This document shows positions 1 to 13,730 of a stretch of DNA of 64,000 nt, in pieces. This DNA comes from Octopus vulgaris. Lineage: Eukaryota. The stretch spans positions 69,192,001 through 69,256,000 of the forward strand of contig OX597815.1 in assembly GCA_951406725.2 (NCBI GenBank), given 5' to 3'. The translations under genes were made by a program, and so were the position numbers. Below the pieces are notes generated by a model, which was not told where the DNA came from, ran no database searches, and worked only from the letters and a program-made list of their open reading frames with translations. Numbering within the stretch: position 1 is the first letter of the stretch; every line of letters starts with the position of its first letter.

Positions 1-299
1 ATGTATGTATGTATGAGTGTATGTTTACTTTATTACTAACACAAGCCAGTACGGTTATTTAATGTAAAGTCTTCCTCAAATCACTATCTCTGGCTATTTA
101 CTCTCTTCCAAGAACATTTTCACTCACACTTATGTGTTAGCTTCCCATACATTTTACTCATGTATCTATCAGCGTGATAGAGAGAAACAAATATTACATC
201 TAGTTTCACTTTATTCGTTGCCCACTGTGTGTGTGCGTTTGCGTGTGGTGTAAACCAGACTAAGAAAAGCATTTGACACACACACCAGAATGTGAGTTT

Positions 300-470
300 T
301 CTGTAAATTTTGCTTAATTGGAGTTTAAATTTTAAAAACTGGACCTGGCATGACGCGATGCATTTTACTCTTAAAAATGGTAGGTAAATTGTAATTGAAG
401 AAATCCTATATTGTAGATTTGTATAACTCCCAAAGGGAGGCAGATAAAATCTGCCTTTTATAATAAGAGA
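300..470 (-). mobile_element. Helitron-like element end (family 2), homologous to 1750-1929
   Basis: Aligns by eye with 1750-1929. Contains the hairpin AGGCAGA-taaaa-TCTGCCT and ends ...ataagaGA|T, which reads A|TC on the minus strand like a Helitron 5' terminus. Confidence 0.5.
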
Positions 471-480
471 TCATAAGAGA

Positions 481-869
481 CTAGCAGTATCGCCCGGCGT
501 TGCTCGGGTTTGTTTCGACCCACTGCAATTGGAATTTTTGAAAAGTAATTTTATATTATGTAGCTTGTTATTCTCTTCAAGTAAACGTTTTTCTGGTTGA
601 AATACACCGAAAAGTGGCGACACAGCAGTGAAAAAATCGTAAAAAAATAGGGATTTTCATAGAAAAAAGCACCTTTTTGATGTAAATAATTTTTGGTGTT
701 AACATGGTCCGATTTGAATTTTATCTTCTACGGAAAGAAGAGCAACCCTTCTTCTATCATACTCTCAATTTTGGTCAACTTGCGCTGCAGGGTCTCGGAG
801 GAGATAGTGTTAGTTGAAGGTTACCAAACCTGGTACACACAGACAACTTCGGCTTTATATAGAGAGAGA
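481..869 (-). mobile_element. Non-autonomous Helitron, both termini present
   Basis: Minus strand reads A|TCTCTCTCTATATAAAGCC... to ...CCCGAGCAACGCCGGG-cgatactg-CTAG|T. This gives a 5' TC, a GC-rich hairpin (493-508) 8 nt before the terminal CTAG, and insertion between A and T. Confidence 0.8.
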
Positions 870-1139
870 TAACACACACACATTAATACACATACATACA
901 CACACACACACACATGTATGTATGTATGGATGTATGTATGTATATATGTACATGAACCCAGGACCATGTGTTTGGAACGTAGTTTGTTACCACACAGCCA
1001 CACCTGCCCCTATGTATGTGTGTGTGTGTGTGTGTGTGTGCGTATGTGTGTATGGGTAGATATATTATGCATGTATATATGTGTATATATATATGTGTAC
1101 ATATTACATGTACATCTATATATATACATCTACACATAA

Positions 1140-1929
1140 AATACAAAATACAAAGTTATATCTTGATATCGCTAGTGATAACAATACTCAAAATATATAA
1201 CAGACTGGAATTGTAGGCCCGTCTCTTGCAATTTCGATCAATTGGATCTTGTCCTCCCTCTTGTATAGAAGTGTACGGCTGCAGCGAAATTCATTTTTGG
1301 ACTTTCTTCTATCGAAGGCATTTTAACAAAAATGCTTCCGTAAAGACGTTGAAAATATTGTCAATTTTCCCAAACAGGGACACAATTCAATTTTTAAACA
1401 ATAACCAAAGCCCCTTCTCCGAAAGGGCGAGGGTTACGGTTTACAATTATTTAACAAATGCAACACAACAACGTTTCCCTGACGCGGAACCAACAAACGT
1501 GATTACAATAGTCAAACAGTAATAATAATAACAAACCTTTTTAATTTATCCCCATTTATGTGAAACCACTTATTCAAGTTCAAGTCATTGATGCAATTTT
1601 ATACAAATTGCTAATACACACACACACACACACATAATAAGGGAATACTTTCACTTTAATAGTTTCACACTTGCAAAGAGAAAGTAGGAGAAAGTGTAGT
1701 AATAGCAGGAGTGAAGCAGTTGAAATTAGAGAGGCAAATCGTAAAATATTGAGTTTTCTCGAATATTCGCTTAATTGGGGGTCAAATTGAAAAAACTTGA
1801 TATGCCATGACCCAATCGAATCTACTTGGAAAAATCATAGGTAAATTCCAATTGAAGAAATTCTATATTGTAGAATTGTATTAAAAAGAAACATGGTAAC
1901 AGGCAGAGAAAATCTGCCTTTATATAAGA
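1140..1929 (-). mobile_element. Helitron-like fragment (family 2); left boundary uncertain
   Basis: Right end resembles 300-470, with the GGCAGA..TCTGCC hairpin and GA|T terminus. The internal sequence retains CpGs. Confidence 0.45.
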
Positions 1930-1954
1930 TATATATATATATATATATATATAT

Positions 1955-2125
1955 AATCATCATCATCATCATTTAATATCGTTTTCCATGCTGGCATGGG
2001 TTGGATGGTTTGACTGAGGTCTGGAGAGCCAGTGGCTGCACTGGCAATGTTTTTACAGCTGGATGCCCTTCCTAACACCAACCCATCTGAGAATGTAGTA
2101 GGTTCTTTTTGTGTGTCACTGGCAT
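1955..2125 (-). mobile_element. RTE LINE 3' tail fragment
   Basis: (CAT)n followed by tttccatgctggcatgggttgg...cagctggatgcccttcctaa, the reverse complement of the RTE 3' end at 61570-61745. Confidence 0.8.
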
Positions 2126-2182
2126 GATATACATACACATACATGTATGTATGTATATATATTTATATATAAACTTTCTTTT

Positions 2183-4617
2183 CAGGTGCTGAATAACATA
2201 TTTCCTTCCTGTGTTCCTTCCCATATCCCTTTCCCAGTTTTCAGAGTTGGCACTGTCAATGTTGGCACATTGAAATGTAGGTCTAGTGAGATTGTTGAGA
2301 TGTTTGAATGGAAGCATGTTGATGTATGGTGCATCCAAGAGGTAAGATGGAGAGGAGCTTCAGTCAGATTCCTCACAGGTAAGACACATAGGTATAAAAT
2401 TTTTGGGGAAGGTAACAGTGATGGAGTAGGTGGTGTGGGCATACTTCTTGCAAAGAAATGGGTCGATAAGGTCATAGAGTTAGTCAGAGTGTGCGATAGA
2501 GTGCTTAAGCTCAGGCTAGTCTTGCAGAATAGTATAGCTACAATTAGCTCTGCCTATGCCCCACAAGCTGGGGATTTCAATGAGCTTGTTGGTATCTTCC
2601 ATGGTGTACATGGGGGCCATGAAATTGGTTCCTGAAACGAAGAGGGAACAAGACTACTGGAGTTCTTTGATGCAAATAACCTATTGATCTGCAACACCAA
2701 CTTCAGAGAGCCAGCCAGCCAGCCACCTGATAACCTATCAATCAGGTAACTGTGCTAGCCAGATCGATTTCATTCTCATTAGACACTGAGATGCATAGTT
2801 GCTCTTAAATACAAAGGTTCTCCCTGGTGAAGAATGTACCCTACCAGCATAGACTAGTCAGTAGCAACTTTAGACTCCAGGCCAGAAGGATGCCAAGAAG
2901 CAGACCAATCTGGAAAAGAAGGATTTGGAAGCTTAAGGACCCATCATTTGGTCAGAGATTTAGGGACATCCTAATTGAGAAATTTGATGAGAGGGAGGAG
3001 GAGGAGCTACAAACTTGTGACATAGAGGGCAACTGGGAATTCATGAGACAGCTTGCTGAGTGCCACAGACCAAATCTGTGGCTGGTGCAAAGTTCCCTCC
3101 ACACCTAGGGTAATGTGGTGGGGGAATAATACTGTAGACAGGGCCATTAGAGCAAAGAAACAGGCCTGGCAGAGTGGGGCAGCAGGGAACTGTATCAGAT
3201 AGTCAGAAGGGAAGCTGGGAGACAGGTATATCTAGCCAAGGGAGAAGTAGAAAAGAAGAAGTTTGCCTATGTTCAGTAACATGAGGGCCAAAGAACTGGA
3301 ATATTTTGGATTGCAAGACAGTGTGTAAAAGAAAATTGTGATGTTATAGGAGAGAAATGTGTTTGCATGGATGATGGTGCACTTGCTTTTAATGATTCTG
3401 CAAAGAAAGAGGCTTGGAGATGTCATTATGAAAGACTACTGAATGTGGAGAATGAATGGTGGGAGGAGAGTCTGCCAAATGTTGACCTAATTGAGGGACC
3501 AGCTACCCAAATCAACAGTACCCAGGTAGATAAAGCAATTAAGGATATGAAGACAGGGGAAACCCCCAGCCCATCAGGAATCATGGCTGAGATGCTTAAA
3601 ATATCTGGTGTTGCAGGTCATGGTCTAGTCACCTGTTTTGTAAATCAGGTGGTTCATGAAGGAGTCATACCCAATGACTGGTGTAGCAGCACCATAGTCA
3701 ACTGCTACAAAGGTAAAGGTAATGGCTTAGATAGAAATAATTACAGAAGTATCAAATTGTTGGATCAGGTAATGAAAGTTACAGTGAGAGTCAAAGCCCG
3801 ATTAATCAGGGAGAGACTTAGTCTAGATGAGATGCAGTTTGGTTTTGTGCCAGTTAAAAGCTCCACAGAATCTGTACTTGGCTTTTGTTGACTTGGAGAA
3901 AGACTTTGACAGAGTTCCCCAATCCCTTATCTGGTGATCAATGCCAAAACTAGGGATAGATGAGTGGTTAGTGAGAGCTGTACAAGGCTTGTACAGGGAT
4001 GCTACTAGTAAGGTAGGGTGGGCAATAAGTACAGCAAAGAATTCAGAGTATAAGTTGGGGTTCTCCAAGGATCAGTCCTCAAAAGTGCCGATCTCTAACT
4101 GTGGAGGGAACATGTGGTGGAGGTAGACCCAGGAAGACATGGGACAAGATGGTGAAGCATGATCTTCGAACTTTGAGCCTCATAAAAGCAATGACCAGTG
4201 ACTGAGACCTTTGGTGATATACTGACCCATCAAGTCAAGTGAAATCATAGTTGTGTTTGATGCTAGTGTCATGTAATTGGTAACCATACTGGTGGCATGT
4301 AAAGAGCATGGAGGTGAAGTGGCTGAGTTCCTTTTGAGTGTTGGCCTCATGGAGCTAATGACTGAGACCTTTGGCATTATGTTGTGCTTGAGAAAAAGAC
4401 CCATCAATCTGAGCAAAATTGCAGTCATGGCAGATACCAGTATAGCGTAAAAGCACCCACTACACTCTCGGAGTAGTTGACGTTAGGAAGGGCATCCAGC
4501 TGTAGAAACCATGCCAAATTAGACTGGAGTTTGATGCAGCCTTCAAGCTTGCCAGCTCTGGTTAAACCATCCAACTTATGGCAACATGAACAACAGATAT
4601 TAAATGATAATGATGAT
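2183..4617 (+). mobile_element. Degenerate RTE-clade LINE (APE endonuclease, partial RT, 3' UTR) with internal deletions
   Basis: ORF fragments read GTVNVGTL, WCIQEVRW, GVGILL, AYAPQ, GDFN, IPNDW, NYRSIKLL and QFGF, with many stops and frameshifts. A large deletion at about 4080 joins sequence equivalent to about 59955 and 60803 of the longer copy. It ends in a (GAT)n tail. Confidence 0.92.
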
Positions 4618-4686
4618 ATATATATATATATATACACACACATGCACTTACATTTGTATGTGTGTGTGCATGCATGTTTGCATGTG

Positions 4687-4737
<51 letters not shown>

Positions 4738-4768
4738 GTGTTTGTGTGCGTGTGTGTGCGTGTGTGTT

Positions 4769-4806
<38 letters not shown>

Positions 4807-5435
4807 CGTATATGGCATATATGGAAAATTTTACATAAATACAGCTCTGAAAAATGATGATGGTGGTGATGTGGGTTAGTAGTAATTGTAGATTCTGAGT
4901 TTTATTTATTTCTATTCATTTATTCTGTTAAATGATGTGAATCAATTTTAAGGCTAATGTTATTTGTGCAAAGTGCAGTCATGTGTGACTGTATTCAATT
5001 TAAATAGCTTGTTGGTTGTTATTTTGTGGAAATCAAGATGGTTTTCTAGCTAAAAGAATGAACTGCTCCACTTAATATTGGTTATTTTTTTTTGATAATG
5101 TTGTTGCATCCAATGTAGAATTAATTTCCTATTGCTGTGGTTAGGGGTCTTTGGGATCAAGGGAGATGGAAGTTCGGAATTAAAATGGCTGCATTTAATG
5201 TTGAATTTGGAAAAATTGATGCTTAGTGTTATAAGAGAATAGAGTGAAGTATTGTATAGAGTTAGTAGATATAATCCAAAGTGTTGGTGGAGGTAAGGAG
5301 AAGCAAATAGACAGATGTTACAGGTAAGTTCAAACGGGTGGAGTTGGGGTAGTTATTTAGCCATTTCTGAAGAACAGTACTAATTAAGTTACTGAGATGT
5401 AATCATCATCATCATCTTCATCATATCTACATAGG

Positions 5436-5590
5436 TCTAGCTGTGTGATTTAGAAATTATTTCCCAACCACATGGTTTTAGGTTTAGCTCCACTGCATGG
5501 CAACTTAGGCAAGTGTCTTCTACTATTGCCCCAGGGTAACCAATGTTTTGCTACTGGATTTGGTTGACAGAAACTGAAAGAAGCCCATTG
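5436..5590 (+). mobile_element. tRNA-headed SINE family A, 5' part
   Basis: Similar to the head and body of 12388-12540 (ggcaagtgtcttctacta...gaaactgaaagaagccc). Confidence 0.7.
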
Positions 5591-6317
5591 TATATATGCA
5601 TATATGTATGTGTAAGCACGTGTATGTTTGTATCTCTTTACCTTGATATTGTGTGGTAGTTGTAAAATGAGTGTTACTGTCATACAAGCAGTGTCTTTCA
5701 TTTTGATACTGTGCAGAAACATGTTTGGGTAATATTTCTTCATATCTGGCCAGGAGGAAATATTACTTTGCTTGGAAATTGGTCAGAGCTGGTGACAAGA
5801 AGGGCATCTGGCCTTAAAAAATCTACTTGAATGAACTCCATCCAACCCATGCAAACAGGAAACAGTGGACATTAAAATGATTTCCCATACTTACTTGAGT
5901 CAAATGGAATTCATTGAGGCAACTTTTCTACAGCCAGATGCCCCTCCTACATCTGTTTATAATTTCAACATTACAAGATTTAGAGGAAATGAGAGGAAAT
6001 AAGTTTAGAATAAATGAGATTTTTGTTTAAGTCAATTATATAATCCCAAAAAGAGGGTTCTGTGGTGATAATGAAATGACTCACAGCAGGTGATCAAATG
6101 AAGTTGGCATTCTTCTGCTATGTGTGTTGTGAACGAAGGCTTGGTTAACTGAAGTGTTAAGCAAGCAATGCTTTATGTGTATATGTGTTCAAACAAGTAA
6201 GTCTTTACAAACGGAATGCATGTACAGAATCTGTGTATATCCATATCATTTTAAAAATAGAAGACACATCAAAAGATGAAATAATCATAGCTGGAATCAT
6301 GTCTGTAACTAAAGATG

Positions 6318-6511
6318 GGGCACTGGATAGTACTTCACCATTACTATTCAATGATGCACCCTTAGATTTAGAAAATACAGTTTACAAAAATCTTCCTGCA
6401 ATACATTTCTTGAAGTCTGACTAACATGCTCGCTCCTAAGGGGGTGCACTGGATAGCACTTTCCCTCATTATTCAAAGGTGTACCCTCACATTTAGAAGA
6501 TACAGTTTACA
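6318..6511. repeat. Diverged short tandem duplication
   Basis: ggggcactggatagtactt...atttagaaaatacagtttacaa recurs at about 6318 and about 6441. Confidence 0.6.
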
Positions 6512-6894
6512 ATGAAAAAAAGCATGTATACCTTGTACAGATAAATTTTTTCATAAATTATAGTGTGGCTTACAATGCATTGCTTACCCATGCTTTGTTA
6601 GTGTTTGACTAAATGAGAATTAAAAGCCTAAGAAGAAGACAGCTAAAAGTAGACTTGATAAAATATAGCATAGAATTTCAGAAGTGTTTTCAATGTCCTT
6701 CAATGATGGCAGGTGAATCAAATGTACTGTAGTTCATTGTAGGATATTAACATGACGACTGCTTATTGGGAAATTTGTAAATTCAATTTTAAAAAATTTT
6801 AATTTTTTATTTTTTTATTACCATTATAGGTATTTGTACTCTGGTGAAATTAAAAATCAAGTCATAAATTAAAGAAACTCTTGAATCCATCACT

Positions 6895-6944
<50 letters not shown>

Positions 6945-7169
6945 ACACACACACACACGCACAGTTGCATATGTATGTATGTAAGCATGAACCCATATAT
7001 GTCTATGTGCATAGGTACACCATGATCTATGCACATACAGATAAGGGTCGGTACTCCATCTGGTGAAGGGTAAATAGTATTTAATAGCCATAATACATGT
7101 TTTTATGTGCTAGTAATAGATTCTTGTGCTGAAAACATGCCAAAACGATGCATATCCTGCATGCACCTA

Positions 7170-7403
7170 AATTCTTTCACAAAAGATTTGCACTGTCAAA
7201 GCATTTTGGTTCACCCATCTGCCAGTTTTGAAGATAATTAAACCAAAATTTAATGAGTTTAAGCCACTCACCCAATGAGTATTTCTGCCAAATTTGGTAA
7301 AAATCAGTTTGCCCATTTTCCAGTACTTCTTCAAACACACAGACAAACATACTAAGACAAGTAGCTACAATACCCTGCTTTCACTTACATGCACAGGGTA
7401 AAA
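7170..7403 (+). mobile_element. Possible Helentron/DINE-like non-autonomous fragment
   Basis: ccaaatttggtaaaaatcag..., then an acacacagacaaacat tract and a terminal hairpin TACCCTG...CAGGGTA. Confidence 0.35.
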
Positions 7404-9097
7404 ATCTTCCTGCTATACAAATTAGTGCCCACCCAAAATATTCTGAAGCATCCTCAGGTACCAAAGTCTAGTGATAGGTCTGGCTGGAATACTTTTGGTC
7501 ATTGATCTGTTCCATTAGATCTGCAGAGTTAAACAACAACTGACCCATGTCCATTGAAAAGAGGAACTTTATTCTTGCGTGTATATTTGAACAAAATTTA
7601 GTTAGAAACCTGTCCATTTTGGATTTGGGAAGAGAATATCACCATGTTTTGAAACAGGTGAAAGTTGAGAACAGGAAAGGCTTCTGGCTATGGAAGAAAA
7701 TATTCCTTAAATTTTGTTGAACCCACACAAGCATAGAAATATGGATGTTCAGATGATAATGAATTGAATGGGAAAGGTCATGTTTTAAGATGGAGATGTG
7801 ATTGCACACACAGAAGCTGTGGGTGTTGGGGATTGCTGAAGTAGCAAATGGTGTAGGCTGTATATTCAAACAATCTTTTATTTTCAATATTTTTGGTTCA
7901 TTGTGCAGGTGTTCTATGCTTGAGCCCTGCATGCATTACCTGTAACGATGTGAAGTGCATAGATTTTTGGTCTTTGTTTCTGTTGTTTAGCCCTAGTTTA
8001 ACCCTGATCAAAGATACCTTTGATTACAAGCATTCAAATGAGGACTATCCTGTCTTTTTCAGGTATTTAGGAATACAAAATCCAGTGAGTCCTTCCATTT
8101 TACTAGATGGTATGTAGGGTGTGATACGAAGGAAATTTGGCTGCTATTTCTTGGAATACAACGTTCAATGAAGGCTTCCTTTTAACAAGAATGGCAGTAG
8201 GATGTGATTTAAGGAAATTTTGCTGCTGTTTTGGAGAAACTCAAAATCCAATGAATCCTTGTCTTTTTCAAGATGATAAGTGGGGAATTATAAAAGGGAA
8301 ATTTAGCTGTTATTTCTAATAAATTGAATGACTACATAGAGGTTCCCTTAATGGCTCATTGTATCGTTTGTAGTTTACAGTGGTTTATTGTGGAGAGATT
8401 GGGGGTAGGCAGGATTAGCACAATCCATTATGGATCTGATGTACTATTTTAGAAGGATGATGACTATGATGAAGAGATTGGAGGGAAGTGGTGGCTACAA
8501 TAGTGTTTATATATAAACATTATTTAATTGTGTTAAAAGATGAATATGATGATGATGATGATAATGATGATGATGAATGTTGTCCTAACATTTTTAACAG
8601 TATTATACATACATATGTTAGTGTTGAAAGCTCAAATGCTTAATGTTAATTGTTATGTGTTAGACAGGTTAGAAACTGTGTGTGTATGTGTGTGTATAGA
8701 TAGATAGACAGACAGATAGATAGATAGCTAGATAGATAGATAGATATAGATAGATAGAGAGGGAGAGAGAGAGATGTGTGTGGTGTGTGTGTGTGCGCTT
8801 ATGTAAATAACTTCCTTTTATGTAACATTATAGCATGACCACTACCCCCTCTACACACACACACACATTTATTGCAGTGTGGTGTTTTGGTGTCATAATA
8901 AAAGATTGCGCTGTATGGTGGAGAATGGTTTGGTGGAGTCTGTGGAATCTGTAGTTTAGCCTACTCTTCACACCATACAAAGAATTATTTAAATGACATG
9001 GAGCTAATTTTATATTCAATCTCTATTGTTTCATTCCTTCAAACCACTGTTTGAAAGATTGTATAATTTATGCATGGCTATAAAATTTCCCTTTTTA

Positions 9098-9141
<44 letters not shown>

Positions 9142-10043
9142 ACACACACAGTGTGCTGCCTGACATAAATATGCTCGCACAACGACTCATTCATGGTCAT
9201 CCACACACAAGAGAACACAGACATCATACCTCACACTTCACACAAACTGTGTGCAACCTGACATGCATATTGCTCACATAAGGACACACTAATGGCCATG
9301 CACACACTATATGCAGCCTGACATGCATATATAAGGGCACAGACACCACATCATAATCAGAAACATTCATTAATGTATGCACACATGCAGTAATGCTCAT
9401 AAATGTACATACAAACACTTATAAATGTATACACATACACACACAAATGCACATATACACAAACACTTGCAACTGCACACACCACCACCTACACACATGT
9501 TCACATATCACATACATACATACACACAAACTTTACATACAAAGATCAATAACTAGCTGGCTATCATTGATTTTTAAGTGAGCTGCATTAGTTTGCATGT
9601 ATTTGTTGTAGACAAACACAATTCTTTTAACATGTGGATCTGCCAATGATAACTGTTCATGCTGCAGTAAAGATGTTTGTGAGGCTTAAACACAATATAA
9701 TAAATGATTTGGACTAACGCATTTGTTTATTTTACACAAAACACAGGTTCATAAACTCTTTGTAGTTATTTTATTTAATTGTAACTATAATAACTAGTAT
9801 TCTCACCTTTATCTCTGAGCGCCCAATATTAGTTTGGTAAGTCGACCATTCTGCTTGGATTAGTGGAGTAGAAATACTTGCATTTCAAGTGCTACATGGT
9901 CAGTTTGGTGCATCTGTTGTTACACAAATGATTATGTAACTAAAATGGGAGGACAGAGTACTGGAAAAAACTATACGAAGTTCAGCCATCCATATGCTAT
10001 CACCAGTATGTCTGTGGACAAACACAGACACAAAGACACACAG

Positions 10044-10103
<60 letters not shown>

Positions 10104-10599
10104 GATGGTCTTCTTTCAGTTTCCATCAACCAAATACACTCCCAAGGCTTTGGTCAGACTGAGGCTATAGTAGAAGACACTTGCCTAAGGTGCCATGCAG
10201 TGAGATTGAATCTGGAACCATGTGGTTGGGAAGCAAGTTTCTTACCACACATAGTTTCTGTCTACAAAATTCACTCACAAAGCATTGGTTGGCCTGAGGC
10301 TATAGTAAAAGACACTTATCCCAAGGTAGCATGCTGTGGTACTGAATATGAAACCACGTAGGTGCAAAGCAAGCTTCTTACTACACAGCCAGTCCTGCAT
10401 CTTTAAACACAGTGTCATACATTTTGTAGGAAGGTAAAGTGGATTAAACTGGTGTTACTACAATGAATTTTATTAACTCTGGAAGGATGATTGGATAGCC
10501 TACTCAGGCAATATTTGACTTCTAAATGTAGTGAGACATGAAGACTGAGATATTGGTCCTTATCATTGCAAGCAAGATTTGTCTACCACAACAGAATTG

Positions 10600-10858
10600 A
10601 GACCCTAAGACTAAGGTGCTATATAAAAAGCACTAGTAATGGTGCCATATAAAAAGCACTGATGATGGTACCACATAGAAAAGCACTCTGTGGAAGGCCA
10701 TTAAGCCATAGAAACCAAGTCATAACAGGCTATGGAATCTGGTGCAGCCCCTGGCCTTGGTAGTTCCTGTTAAGCTGTCCAACCCATGTCAGGTAGGAAA
10801 ATGGACATTAAATGTTGTTGTTGATGATGATGTTGACGATGATGATGATGATGATGAT
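10600..10858 (+). mobile_element. RTE LINE 3' tail fragment
   Basis: Repeated aaaagcac motifs, then tccaacccatg...ggacattaaa and a (GAT)n tail. Confidence 0.7.
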
Positions 10859-11032
10859 TGTCTACTGGCTTATCTGCTCAGCCAGATATTACTCTCCAGG
10901 TAAAATAGTTTGCTGGAAATGTGAAACTAGTTTGTGTTCCATGGCAGTGTATTAGCAGTCTTTAGAGCATTGGATAGAATTCTCATCACCATTATTGTTT
11001 AATGTCTGTTTTTCTGTACTGACATGGGTATA

Positions 11033-11049
<17 letters not shown>

Positions 11050-11104
<55 letters not shown>

Positions 11105-11134
11105 GCAATAATAATAATAACAATAATAACAATG

Positions 11135-11177
<43 letters not shown>

Positions 11178-11200
11178 CAACAACAATAATAATAATAATA
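11050..11200. repeat. (AAT)n/(AAC)n microsatellite
   Basis: Direct observation. It explains the poly-Leu ORF. Confidence 0.95.
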
Positions 11201-11267
11201 TGAGGGAATATTATTACAGACTTACAGGGAAAAATTCAATTTAGAAATACTAAATATATATATATCT

Positions 11268-12131
11268 ATATCTGGACTGTTGCCATAGTAACGAAGCTAA
11301 AGTAGGCAGAGTGAAGTCACTTGGCACAGATTGACCTTGAACTCTACTGTGCATGCACACTAAGTTTTAACATTCTAGCTCACTTTTGCTGTTTACAGCA
11401 GTGCTTGGAAGGAAGGTGTGTAGTGTGTGATCATTACATTGACCATGACAGAGAAAGTTGAGCAGAGAATCTGTATTAAATTTTGCCAAAAGCTTGGCGA
11501 TACCTGTTCAGAGGCCTATGCAAAGTTTTCAAAAAGTTTTTATCATTCTCAACACAATCAAGGAGATCTCTTGCAACTGAAACCCGAGTGTCTTTTTGGT
11601 CAGCTGAAAGTTTTGGCACAAACTTGGCAGACACATGTCTCATACCCAAATCAACAGTGATAATGGACTGAACTGGACCATAACTAATCTGCACATTCTC
11701 TGATAACTCACAGATGGTGATTTGATAATTTCCCCTCACAGCTGCATGCATATATGCAATGTTTTTCTCAGTTCTGTTGGTTGCAGGTCTCCCAGATTGT
11801 TCATCAATATCGACATTTTTTTGGCCATCTGAACCTCTTGTACACTTGTGTGTGGCTCATACACTCCTCTCCATACACTCTCTGCAACTTTGCATTGGCC
11901 TCTGAGCAGGTGTTGCCATGATAAGTTTCTCTGTTGTGGTCAATGCAATGATTACACGCTACACACCTTCTTTCTAAGCACTGCTGCAAACAGCAGAAGT
12001 GAGCTAGAATGTCAAAACTTAGTGTGCATGCACAGCAGCATTCAAGGTCAATCTTTGCCAAGTGGTTTCACTCTGTGTGCTTTAGCTTTGTTACTATGGC
12101 AACAGTCTGAATACTTATTGATCAGAACTCA
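11268..12131. mobile_element. Fold-back mariner derivative: two 5' halves in inverted orientation
   Basis: About 190 bp inverted arms (11268-11457 versus about 11925-12112). The plus strand encodes MTEKVEQRICIKFCQKLG and the minus strand encodes ...VYGEECMS...ITICELSE...VSAKFVPKL, both mariner N-terminal sequence. The right TIR ends at TA. Confidence 0.85.
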
Positions 12132-12135
12132 TATA

Positions 12136-12190
<55 letters not shown>

Positions 12191-12387
12191 TCCTACTACT
12201 ATTGCTTGACAACCAATGCTGGTGTGTTTATGTCTCTGTAACTTAGCAGTTCAGCAAAAGGGACTGATAGAACAAGTACTAGACTTACAAAGAATAAGTG
12301 CAGGGGTCAATTTCTTCGATTACAACCCTTTAAGGTGGTGCTCCAGCATGGCCACAGTCAAATGACTGAAACAAGTAAAAGAATAAA

Positions 12388-12812
12388 AGGAGTGACTGTG
12401 TGGTAAGTAGCTTGCTAACCAACTACATGGTTCCGGGTTCAGTCCCACTGCGTGGCATCTTGGGCAAGTGTCTTCTGCTATAGCCTCGGGCCGACCAAAG
12501 CCTTGTGAGTAGATTTGGTAGACGGAAACTGAAAGAAGCCTGTCGTATATATGTATATATATATATATGTATATATATATATGTATGTGTGTGTATATGT
12601 TTGTGTGTCTGTATTTGTCCCTCTAGCATTGCTTGACAACCGATGCTGGTGTGTTTACGTCCCCGTCACTTAGCGGTTTGGCAAAAGAGACCGATAGAAT
12701 AAGTACTGGGCTTACAAAGAATAAGTCCCGGGGTCAATTTGCTCGACTAAAGGCGGTGCTCCAGCATGGCCACAGTCAAATGACTGAAACAAGTAAAAGA
12801 GTAAAAGAGTAA
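12388..12812 (+). mobile_element. tRNA-headed SINE family A, full length
   Basis: A-box-like gtgactgtgtggta, B-box-like gggttcagtccc, a central (TA)/(TG) tract and a (GTAAAAGA) tail. Many copies occur in the window. Confidence 0.9.
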
Positions 12813-13356
12813 TATGTACATGTGTGTCTCTTTGTGTTTGTTTGCCTACCATTGCTTGATAACTGGTGTTGGTTTGCTCACAACCTAGTATCTTAGTGGT
12901 TCAGCAAAGAGTTCAATAGAATGAGTACCAAACTTTAAAAAATAAGTACTGGAGTCAAATTGTTTATCTAAATCAGTCAAGGTAGTGCTCCAGAATGGCC
13001 ACAGTCCAATAACTGAAACAAGCAAAAGGTAAAGTGCATTGTGTTTATAATCATGATCTTAATTATTTTTCCATGCTAGCAAGGCTTGAGAAGGAATTGG
13101 TTTCAAGATACAATTTTAAGGCCGAATGCTCTTCCTATCACCAACGCTCACCTGCTTTTCAAGTTAGGGATTTTCTTTTTACTCCACAAATATTTGGAAG
13201 CACAGAGAGACTAGTTGGTCATAATATCAACAAGAAATGTAAACATCACCATCATTTTGCTCAACCAACAAGCAAAGTATCAACATTCATGCACCCCCTG
13301 CCCCACTATATCTTATATTTCATTCATTTGTTTATAGCCATTTCTTTGTTCATGCA

Positions 13357-13565
13357 GTGAGCTGGCAGAAACATTAGCACACCAGGCAAAATGCTTACTG
13401 GCATGTCATCTGTCCTTATGTTCTGAGTTCAAATTCCGTCGAGGTCAACTTTGCCTTTCATTCTTTTGGGGTCAATAAATTAAGTATCAGTTGCATACTG
13501 GGGCTGATCTAATCAACTGGCCTCCTCTCCAAAACTTTTGGACCTTGTGCCTAGAGTAGAAAAAT
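13357..13565 (+). mobile_element. SINE family B
   Basis: gagctggcagaa...gagttcaaattc...gcctttcattc...aagtatcag, matching 13731-13966. Confidence 0.8.
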
Positions 13566-13730
13566 ATTTCTTTGTTCATGTTTACATGAGTTAGATGGAT
13601 ATTAGTGAGGCATTGTTTCATGGCCAGATGCCCTTGCTTTTGCCAACCCTTACCTGTTTCCAAGTAAGTTTATGTTTCTTCTTGTTTGGACATACTTTCA
13701 TGGAAGATTGGTAGAAAATGATATCACTTT

